From Chrysomallon squamiferum (Eukaryota > Animalia > Mollusca): DNA of 64,000 bases. Location of the stretch: NCBI GenBank assembly GCA_012295275.1, contig CM022668.1, positions 14,136,001 to 14,200,000 of the forward strand, written 5' to 3'. The position numbers were made by a program, and so were the translations under genes. Positions 48,496 through 59,228 of the stretch are shown one piece after another. The notes beneath the pieces are model-generated. The model made no database searches. It was not told where the DNA came from and saw only the letters and a list, made by a program, of their open reading frames with translations. Each line of letters begins with the position of its first letter. Positions within the stretch are counted from its first letter, which is position 1.

Positions 48496-51400
48496 TGTTG
48501 TTGTTGTTTTGTTGCAGTTTTTGTTGTTGTAGTTGCTACTATCATTATTATTTACATTCTAATTAATATCATAACTGCTATAATTAATACCTTTTCAAGT
48601 GCAGTTGGAAAATCGTTCGGCTAATTTGTTACTTTTTAAAGAATATTTCACCTTGTAAGAGCAATTGTACTATGTATGACACACTAGATGAAAGCATGAC
48701 AAGAATTTATTTTGTTCAATCCGAAGAACTGAAATCTTTTCCACTAGTAATATAATAACTACTTGGTCCTTCAATTTATATACCTTCAATTTATTTATTT
48801 GAATTATAAAATTTAGGACACGGGACTCAGAACCGACACTACTACTATTTTTGTTTGTTTACGCTTTTAGCCCATGTTTACCATGGCAAAGAAAAAACAG
48901 GAACATCTTAAAGAAAATCCTCCGATGCCAAAGCTGACCAAGCCACAGCAGATTGGCGAGACAAGGGAGGATGATAGAATCATGATAGACCAGAAAGCCA
49001 AGACACTAGACAAGTTAATGTCACAAAGTGAAACTATCATGAAAATTCAGTCACAACGGCCAAATGGCTTACAAAACAAGCCTATCGGACAAGAGGATAT
49101 TCCATCAGGAACTAGCCTTACCGAGTCACACATGGATCAGACTAAAAACCATAAACCCAGAAGACTACACCAAATACTGTTGAACTACATGCCGATAACA
49201 TTACAGACCCCTACAAAACATGACAACGTAGTGTCACAAATGGATGAGGTGAAAAAACACGAACCCAAAACACTACACGAAATAATGGTGAACTACATGC
49301 CCGGAACATCAGGCAAAACAATGTCCAGAGGGAGGAAGGATGTAACGGAAGATAAACCCAAGTCCAGAAACGAAACGTCAAGATGGCGTCAAATTCTAGA
49401 AGATAAACGTCAAATTCTAGAAAATAAACGTCAAATTCTTGAACGGAAACGTCCTGTTTTAACGAAACTTGAAACCTTGTTACATACCAAACCCAAGACA
49501 CCAGAAGAGACTGTGGAAAGCCATAAAGAAAAATCACAACAACAAACTGAGGAAAGATTGTCACAGCAAACAGCCAAGGTGGCATCAGATGACAAAGACA
49601 CACCTCCAACAAAACTGAGACGGAAGATTCGGTCAGCGGAAGAATCCCCACAGCAAGGCAACACCCATGTCAAATTTTACTATCAGATACAATCACTTTG
49701 ATGAAGATCCCGATGATTATGATTTCGAAATTGATTACGAAAATCAACCTGCTCCACTGTCTCGATCAGCAAATAGAACCGAAAATGTTGTCAGTAATAT
49801 CATGAACCTCATCAAGAACGCCGATGCGATAACGAGAGAGAAAATCGACAACAGCACTAAAACCATAAACGAAGGCATCAGTCCGACCCTCGTCATCACA
49901 CACGCTGAAGACTCAGGTCTCAGAATGAATGCGACCAACACCAACGAAACACATCAAGAAGATGATCGTGTCGACACGCTGCACAATAGTACGGCGAACA
50001 AAATATCTTCTGCAAACCCAAATACACCGAAACAGCAGAAAGGGAAAAAATCGCTTGTAATAAAAAGCACCTTTCACATAAATAGGAATCACACAGTCGG
50101 TAAGACTGTCAAGAATGTTACTAAGAAGAAAACAAAGACTGAAGTCAGCAGTTATGAAGACATCAGTATAGAAGAAGACGACGGTTCGGTTCAAACCGTG
50201 GAGAACAGCAATGATCAAAACTCGACAAATGTCAGTCACACACTTGATACTGAACTGACCGTGGACAAAGTGAAGGAAATCAATGATTTAGATGAATCAC
50301 TAACTCATTTCAGATTCATTGAGCCATCAAACATTAATCACCTGAAAAACTGGAAAAAAACCCAAAATCCAACAGAAGAAAAGAATCCAGACTCGAATGA
50401 AATCACGATTACCACTCTTGTTACTTTACCTAATTCAAACAAACCAAGCGATGAACGTTCTAAACAGAAATTAACTGACTACAGAAAACATTTGGCATTA
50501 TATCTGAAAAGTAAACTCAATCCAAATAGGAAAAGGAAACGGAAAACATTTTGGTACGAATCGGAGGATCCGATAATTAAAAAAATCCTGAAAAAAATGA
50601 AATTGGCATCGAATGGTAAAAAGCACGGAAATTTTAAAAAGAAAAAGGAAGTAACGCTTTCACCAACGAACAGTTTTGCCTATCCAGTAATAATCAGAAA
50701 TCATAGCAGGACGAAACTGAGAAAAAAATTAGCTTTGCTACTGAGAAAAAAACTGAAAAGGGCCGAAATGAGAAGGAAACATCATCTCAAAATGAGAAAT
50801 TACCGCCTTCGCAAGTTAAAAAAGGATGAAAAAGAAAATGAAACAGAACAAACAGAAATTAAATTAGTTCAAACATTAACATTGCCTCAAAAATCCACAG
50901 GAGATAAAAAACATAAGAAATTTGCTGAAAGAATATATATAGCTAAAGTCCTGAAAAACAAACTGAAATCCATGAAAAAACGACAAAGACAGAGAAAAAT
51001 GATGAACGATTTATTGATGAAAATGAAATCCCTTCATTCAAGAATAACCGGAGTGCAGTTAACACAAACAAATAAAACAACTTACGAATATCCAATAAAA
51101 CAGCCAGTGAGGAAATCAAAAACGAGAGAATTAAGGGAACGTTTAGCTACGATTTTAGAATCGAGATTGAAAATGTCCGAGGCCAAAGAGCAACATAAAG
51201 GTGGTATGAATAACCAAACTGTGAAGTCAGAAAAAACGTTAACAAGAGAACAGCTGGCTAACATACTGAGGAGGAAAATAGAACCATCGGAAAAGCTAGA
51301 AGAAACAAAAAAGAAGACTGTTGATGATGATGATGATGATGACGACTTGGTGAACTTCGCTGTTGCCCTTTTACTCGCAGCAGAGGAAGAATCAGGCAAA

Positions 51401-52258
51401 GAAGCACAAGTTCGTGAAGAAAATGGATACACAGTGATCTCTGTGAAGGGAGTTAAGCTTCGTTTCGGACACCACAAACACAAACTGCCCGGAACAAAGA
51501 AAATTCAAAGCGTTAAACTCCCAGGTGCAGAGGGCAAAAAACTAGGTGAAACCAATGTAACAGCAGGATATTTAAACACTTTGTTGGAAAAGAAACTCGA
51601 AATACTGGACAATGCAAATGAATCTAAAGCACAGGCAAAAGTTGTCACACAGAAGATTGTTCAAACAATCGAGGTGCCAGTTCAAAATGTTGAGAATTCG
51701 CAAGCGGATGAAACTAGCGTATCCGACCTCAGACATCGTTTATCAAAGCTGTTAAAAAACAGATTATATCCAGTGGGAATTCTAAGCTTTCCAACTGCAG
51801 AAGATGAAATCAAAAATAAGCAAGCAGTAAAAAATCAAATAGAAACCATTCAACAAGTAAAAAAAGAAATAAAAGGCATCCAAAAAGTAGAAAATGAAAT
51901 AAAAAACATTCAACAGGAAGAAAATGAAATAAAAAGCATTCAAGAAGTACAAAAAGAAATAAAAGGCATTCAAAAAGTCAAAAATGACATACAGAGCATT
52001 CAACAAGTACAAAATGAAATAAAAATCGTGTCACCAATAACAGATAAATCTGAAAGCGTGCAGCAAACACCAAATACTGATGATCAAAACTACAGTGAAA
52101 CTATCACAGACGAATCAGATGGGTTCACATTAACATCAATTAGAAACAGTTTAGCTGCTTTACTTAAAAGACAGCTGAAAATTCCACATGAAAGGAAATC
52201 TCAAAGAAGAAAAATCAGACCTAAGCCAATGGTCGATGACGATTATTTTGAAGTCTAA
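47022..52258 (+). CDS. Secreted Lys-rich low-complexity protein 'D' (~1150 aa if the single +1 frame break at about 49697-49699 is bridged); exon 1 47022-47084, possible 15-nt microexon 47168-47182, large exon 48871-52258
   Basis: Exon 1 reads MFINILLFFLLVPSLEPASAM|gtaaga (signal peptide, phase 0; an in-frame upstream ATG lies at 46998). The acceptor cttttag|CCC ATG TTT at 48871 is in frame with ORF 48874-49701, which overlaps ORF 49667-52258 in the +1 frame. Many N-glycan sequons, polybasic sites, a poly-Asp run and 10-aa repeats are present. Confidence 0.8.
47425..47880. repeat. Long intronic inverted repeat (~165-bp arms, about 47425-47587 and 47706-47880) with a partly self-complementary spacer
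   Basis: The reverse complement of the right arm (tgccacacgtaaatgtg...gggggcgtttgtttgtacatgtgcatgtgtaggtatgtgggtgcatgcatgtatatatttgataaactttcaaagtataac...) matches the left arm (tgccacacgtaaatgtg...gggggcgcgttttggtacatgtgcttgtgtaggtatgtgtgtgcatgcatgtatatatttaacaaactttcaaaatattac...). Confidence 0.9.
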
Positions 52259-52284
52259 TATTTTTTTTTTTTATTCTATTTTTC

Positions 52285-52335
<51 letters not shown>

Positions 52336-52609
52336 TATTGTTGTTCTTGTTGTTATTATTATTATTACTATTATAATTATTATTATTTATTGTTCTTTTT
52401 ATGATTATTATTATTATTATTATCACTATTATTATTATTATTATGATTATTATTATTATTATTTTATTGTTACTAATTCATTTTTTAATTTATTTATTTA
52501 TTATAATGCTTTTTTTTTTGTTTTTTTGTTATATCCACAAAATATTACTTGGTATCATTTTCTTATTTATTTATCTTTTTTTTTGTGTTGTTTTTTATGC
52601 TGATATATG

Positions 52610-52648
<39 letters not shown>

Positions 52649-53017
52649 CATCATCATCATTATAATTATTATTATTAATTATCTTTATTTTGTTATTATT
52701 TATTTTTTTCAGTATTGCTATTATTATTATTATTATGTTAATTTTTCTTATTATTATTATCATTATTATTATTGTTATTATCATCATCATCATCATTATC
52801 ATCATCATAACAATTATTATTATTAATTTTTTAAATTATAATTATTATTATTATTTCAATTTTTATTATTGTTACTATTATTATTATTATCATCATCATC
52901 ATCATTATTATTGATTATTTATTATTTATTTATTTATTTATTTATTTGTTTATTTATTTTTATTTTATTTATTTTTATTATTATTCTCTTTTGTTCCCAT
53001 TTTGTATGTATGTGTGT

Positions 53018-53090
<73 letters not shown>

Positions 53091-54093
53091 TGAGAGTGAG
53101 TGAGTGTGTTGGTTTGATGCTAATAAATGTATATATTTAATTAACAATTACTCTTTGTTTTGTTTGTTTTTAATTTTTATTTATTTATTTATTTTTTTAT
53201 TTTTTTGTTATTCATTTATTATTATTATGATTTAGATTTACTTAAACGTGTCTAATGCAGATGTAAATTCACTGAGGTTTTTTTCTTTTGATCCATGATT
53301 TACCACTGGCACTAATGGAAGATGAGAAAAAAAATAATTGTAATAAAAGTAAAAAATAATAATAAAAATAAAGAAGAAAAAAAAAACAATAGATAAAAGT
53401 AGAATAAAATCGAAATAAAAATAAAATAAAATAAAATATAATATCAATAAATCAGAATTTATGGATATACGAATAAGCAATGGATACAAAAATATATTAA
53501 TGAAGAAAGAGATAATTTAGGCATTCTTGTATACTTATATTACAGCAGTTCTGTAAAGAAAATGGAACGTAAATTACCTGTTTATCAGGAATTCAAACAA
53601 AACAATATAAAGAAGTTTATAGTATTTGTGTTCTAAATTTTAAATGACGAGAGAGAGAGAGAGACAGAATTTTTTGGTTTATTGTTCTGTGTAAATTACA
53701 GTGTTTCAAATCTTACATACACCTAAATACAATGGTATGATTCTTTAGCGGCTTCTAGACTTTTCCAAGATTTCATGCATTATTATAATTTTTCCAACAT
53801 ACTATTTCTATTTTTTAATTAGTCGTTAATTTATTGTTTCCTTTTTTCTTTTTTTTTTTTATTCTGAGTCGTAAATATTCGGATAAATGAAAACTAATTA
53901 TGTATGTATATATTACTGTGTTTGATTTTAATTTACACATTTTAATGAATTTATAATAATAATAAAAATATTTATAATCGCAAATGAAATAAAATAATCT
54001 ATCAAAAAAAGATAAGACGAAATATTATTTAAATATGTATATTTATTTGTCCAAAAATAAAAACAAAATATATATATCATCGTATAAATATTA

Positions 54094-54124
<31 letters not shown>

Positions 54125-54149
54125 CATTGTATCTGACAATTATTAAATT

Positions 54150-54209
<60 letters not shown>

Positions 54210-54303
54210 TGTAAATGAAATGAAAACAATCATTCAAAAAAGAGAAGAATTATTTTTAAATATGTGTATTTATTTATATCCAAAACTTTTTCTTTTTTTT
54301 TCC

Positions 54304-55335
54304 TTACTTATTTAGGATACGTTCCTCTTTCAAAAACAGTTCTGCTAATTTGTTAAGTGTCTTCATTATCTTTTTATTAAGAACCGATGAGATTATCCTT
54401 CTTGCTTTAGCGTTCACCTTTATAATATCTCGTATCTGAGCCTCCAGTTCGAGTTGCGCCTTAGGTGCCACCACTTTCTCATTTAGCAGAAGCCAGACGA
54501 TTTCCGGCAGTGTCAGGGACTTCTGCTGTCCTGTTTCCTTTATCGTATTATTTTCCTTTTTCAACATGCTTCTCACTAGCGACAGGAAACTTTCGAACAT
54601 CGTAAATTTCGGTTCCAAAACTGTTATCTTTATTGTGTAGTTTTGCAGTTTCATCGCCAGTTGATGCTCGAACACAATTTGCTCCAGTTTTTTGTTTTTC
54701 TCTTGTATCTGACTTCTCACTTGTGATAAAATATCATCGGTACTGTTGATTTTCTTCTGTATTGCATTTTTCACTTTTTTCGCTATTTCTTCTGGATCGT
54801 TATCGTTTTGTTCTACCTCGCTTTGCCCGTGTGACGCTATTTCATCTAGACTCTTATCTTTCTGTTCCATTGCACTTTGTTCTTGTGACATTATTTCCTC
54901 GACATCGTTGTCTTTTTTCTCTCTCTCGCTTTGCTCTTGTGACAGTATTTCATCTAGATTGTAATCTCTCTGTTCAATCGTACTTTGTTCTTGTGACATA
55001 ATTTCCTTAAAACTGTTGTCTTTCTGTTGTACCTCACTTTGGCCTTGTGTCACAATTTCCTGTGAAAATAGCAACGACAATAATGATTTGGAAATAAAAA
55101 TTACCTCCTTCAGGCTTTTGGGTTTTTGACTTTTAAGAATTATCTCATTGTTTTCTTTTTCTTATCTTTCCGCTACATTACCTCACCCCCCACACACACC
55201 TAAATAAAAAAATAGAATAAAAAAAAACCAAAACAAGTTACGATTAAATCTAAAAAATTTCAATTAACTTACAGCTGGGAATGTGAGTTCCAAAGTACAA
55301 ACGAGAAAAAACAGCAAGAAGATATTTGCGAACAT
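54304..55335 (-). CDS. Secreted Gln/Glu-rich 18-aa-repeat protein, paralog A (272 aa); exons 55335-55273, 55059-54304
   Basis: Exon 1 is MFANIFLLFFLVCTLELTFPA|gtaagt. The acceptor ttttcacag|GAA ATT GTG is in frame. About 8 repeats of type IxSQxQSxxEQKDNxLEE are followed by an amphipathic C-terminal domain. The ORF is intact, with AATAAA about 30 nt after the stop. Confidence 0.9.
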
Positions 55336-55401
55336 AATATCTAGTTATTTCAGCCAACCTTCGTTATAAAGACATTGCTAATTAATTTCGTTTACATCTG
55401 A

Positions 55402-55409
55402 TGACGTCA
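55402..55409. promoter_or_regulatory. CRE palindrome TGACGTCA ~67 nt upstream of the paralog A ATG
   Basis: Exact CRE, positionally conserved in paralogs B and C. Confidence 0.65.
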
Positions 55410-56232
55410 TTATGATATCGTGAAAATTAATTCCATACATTTCCGGAAGTAGATATTATCACATTTATTATTTTTGTTTAAAACGGTTAATATTTATAAA
55501 TACGTTGTAATTTGTATTTAAAAATAAATAAATACGTAAATAAATTAATAAATAAAAATTTAAATAGTTGAATATATATAAATGTGTGTGTGCGCATGTG
55601 TGTGTGTGCGCGCGTGTGTGTGTGTGTGTGTGAAATTAATGTTTAAAACTTCGTTAAAAACGTTTTAGATTTTCTTCGTATCAGTCTTAAGAGGGGCTAT
55701 TGTTATTATTATAATTAAATATATCTAAATTTAATATAATTTATTCAAAATGTTTAGTAAAATGTGATGTTAACGAGAACAAAACAAATAAAGAAGAAAA
55801 ACACAAAGAAAAACGAAGAAAGAATAACACAACATAAATAATAAATAATTTATTTACTCGAGAAAAAGGAATAGTATTTTATAAACCTATTTTCGTAAAC
55901 CTTAGCGCCTATATTGACTTTTTAAAATAAATTGTTGGAAATGGCATTAGTGGCGTACAGTAACTTTGTCATATTTTATTTTACATTATGATTTATTCGT
56001 GTACGCTTTTTATCGTTTATATTCTGATATGTTACTAGATAATTAATAGTTGTTTTTGTTGTTTGTTTCTTTTCGTTTGTTTGTTTATTTGTTGTTGTTG
56101 TTGTTGTTGTTGTTTGGGGTGGGGGCAGTGTTCTGTTTTCTTGTAATAATATTCAGTCCTGTGGCAATGGCATCAGTTTTCTGAAAAATTTCGTCGTCCT
56201 TATCTCAATAGTTTTTATCATCTTTGTTCTTT

Positions 56233-56266
<34 letters not shown>

Positions 56267-56686
56267 TTTTTCATTTCATGATTCGACGAAACAGTTTGAA
56301 TTTTGTTTTATTATAATGCCCATGTTTGAAGGTGAACTAGATTTTATTTGGTTTCTTGAACACTTCAGCCTTTTTTTTTAATCTTAGGCAATTTTTTTTT
56401 AAATATCTCTTTGTTAATTTTCATTCTTTCCCTGGCATATAACCATTTTGTAAAATTTATTTTTCTTTTCTTTTAAAACACTGCAAACTAGGCTTTTCCA
56501 GTCATTTACATTATCTTTCCAACATGATATTTATATTATACAATTATTCATTAATTAATTTTTCACTTATTGTTTTCATATTATTTTTTTTTTTTCTTTG
56601 TATTATATCGGATAAATGAAAATTATGTCTATGCATATATTCTTGACTTTACTGTTCACTTTTCAGTGAATTAATAATAATAATAA

Positions 56687-56717
<31 letters not shown>

Positions 56718-56849
56718 AAAAATCGCAAATGAAATGAAACTAATAAAAGAAGAAAAACAATAACAAGTATTAATTAAATATGAATATTTATTTATATGCA
56801 AAAACTAAACAGAAATCAGTTTTTCTTCTTCTTCTTCTTCTTCTTCTTC

Positions 56850-57981
56850 TTATTGACTGAATATACGACGCCGTTTCGACAACAGATCAGCCAATTTGTT
56901 GAGTTTCTGCAGTATCATTTTATTAAGAATCGACGAAATTATTCCTTCGTGCTTCGCCATTCTTTTTTATGAAATGTCGTATCTCGCCCTCTATTTCCTC
57001 TTGTTCCTCGGGTTCCAGTGCATTCTCGTTCAGCAGAAGCCAGAGAATGTCTGGCAAAGTCAGAGGTTTGTGCTGCGCTATCTCCTGAAGCTGCCAGTTT
57101 ATCTCCTTTATCATCTTACTGTTCTTCTTCAACATGTTTCTCAGCAGGGCTATGAAAGCTTCGATTATGGTAAATTCGGGTTCGGACACTGTCACCTTTA
57201 TCGTGTAGTTGTCCCGTTCTATGACGACTTGGTGCTTAGACAGTATTTCCTCCAGTCTGTTATATTTTTGTTCTATCTCGTCTTGCCTTTCCGACAACAC
57301 GTCACCTGTACTGTTCATTTTCTTTTCGATCGCAATTTTCAGCTTCTTCACGGTTTCCTCCAGGCTGTTATCTGTTTGTTCTGTCTCGCTTTGCCTTTGT
57401 GACAGTCGTTCTTTTAGTTTGTTGTGGTTTTGCTCTCTCACACTTTGCCCTTGTGTTATTTTCTCCTCTAGATTGTTACCTTTCTGTTCTGTCTCACTTT
57501 GCCCTTGTGTTATTTTCTCCTCTAGATTGTTATCTTTCTGTTCTGTCTCACTTTGCCCTTGTGTTATTATCTCCTCTAGATTGTTATCTCTCTGTTCTAT
57601 CTCACTTTGCCCTTGTGACGCTATTTCATCTAGATTGTTGTATTTCTGTTCTGTCGTACTTTGTTCTTGTGACATAATTTCCTCTAGATTCTTATATTTC
57701 TGTTCTATCTCACTTTGGCCCTGCGACACTATAGCCTGTTAAAAAAAAAATTATTAACGACAATAATGATCTGGAAATAGAAATTCCTGTTTTGGATTTT
57801 TAACTTTTAAAAATAATCTCATTGTTTTTTTTGGGGGTTTTTTTTATCGTTTTGCTACACTATCCCCTCCTCCCAAAATACAGTAACGATTAAGCCTAAA
57901 AAGATTTAATTAACTTACAATTGGGAATGCATGTTCCAAAGTACAAACGAGAAAAAACAGCAAGAACATATTTGCGAACAT
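56850..57981 (-). CDS. Secreted 18-aa-repeat protein, paralog B (~315 aa if a 1-nt insertion at 56942-56943 is removed; as assembled it stops at 56923); exons 57981-57919, 57735-56850
   Basis: Exon 1 is MFANMFLLFFLVCTLEHAFPI|gtaagt, with acceptor ttttaacag|GCT ATA GTG and 9-10 repeats. After ...GEARR the +1 frame reads IISSILNKMILQKLNKLADLLSKRRRIFSQ*, homologous to paralog A IISSVLNKKIMKTLNKLAELFLKEERILNK*. Confidence 0.85.
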
Positions 57982-58048
57982 AGTATGATAATTAGTTCAA
58001 CTACATTTCGTTAGAACGGCATTTTTAATCAGTTTCGTTTATATCCGA

Positions 58049-58056
58049 TGACGTCA
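58049..58056. promoter_or_regulatory. CRE palindrome TGACGTCA ~68 nt upstream of the paralog B ATG
   Basis: Exact CRE within a promoter block homologous to those of A and C. Confidence 0.65.
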
Positions 58057-58423
58057 TTAGAATATCGCGAACAGTAATTCCGTGCATTTCCGTAAGCAGA
58101 TGATATTATTACTATTACAACTTTTATCTAAAGCGGTTAATATTTGCTGTTACACACACACACACACACGAATTTCAGTAAAATTTTACATATTAATGAC
58201 AGTAAAGTCGATGACTATTATTAATTAAATAATTTATTTATTAATAATTACTACTTTGATATTTTAAACTGCAAATAGACAAATAAGATCCCAAATAAGA
58301 TAAGTGTGAAGGGGCAGAAGGTTGTCCCAGATATTCAGATAATAAAATATAAAATAAAGAAAAAAAATGAAATGAAGGGGGGAAATACTATTTTTGATTC
58401 GATGGAACTATATAAACTGAAAC

Positions 58424-58456
<33 letters not shown>

Positions 58457-59045
58457 ACTTAGTATATATATATAAAATAGTATTTTCCCTTTCATTGTTT
58501 TTTCTTTTCTATAACACCATTTTCGGTTTTTGACATTTCGTAGTTAAATACATATATATATATATATATGAAAGTGAGGGCAAAGTGAGATACAACAGAA
58601 AGATAACAAAACAGAATAATGAAGTTTAGTGTACTTCTCTTCCTAAACCACAGCACTATAATATTATAACCATTTCTTTCATCACTTCATATCATTTAGA
58701 TATTTCTTCATGTACAAATCTGTTGTGGATAATTGTCAAATGTTTTTAAATAGATCATTTATTAATGTTTATTGTGTACGTTTTTGTTTTGTTTGGGGGG
58801 TTCTTTTTCGTTGGGAAAAATAACTCGTAATATTTACTTCATTTCTTTTAAAACTGCCAACTAGACCCTCAGGATCATTTATTACCTTATATAATAACAA
58901 TTAATTATTCATTAATTTATTTTTTGTTCGTTCATTCATTTTCTTTGTTTCATTTTAATTCTTGTCTGTTTCCCAAATAATCGGATAAATGAAAAATATC
59001 TGAGTGTGTATATTTTGACTTTCCTTGTTCACATTTTATTAAATT

Positions 59046-59104
<59 letters not shown>

Positions 59105-59228
59105 AATCAATAAATCAATAACAGAAGAAGAAAAATAAGAACTAATATCAAATAAATTTGTAAATTCATTTATTTCGAAGATTATGAAAACGAAAAAAAA
59201 AAAGAAGAAAAGCAGTGATGAAGAACAT

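Noticed and set aside
49699-49704. TGA TGA as selenocysteine, readthrough or A-to-I-recoded stops in gene D
   Set aside because: Frame 0 hits another TGA three codons later and the long continuation is in the +1 frame, so readthrough cannot join the ORFs.
49667-52258. Treating the 863-aa ORF as an independent gene starting at its own ATG
   Set aside because: It has no signal peptide despite many N-glycan sequons, no separate promoter or acceptor is evident, and the RRKIR...DDYDFE motif spans the junction with ORF1.
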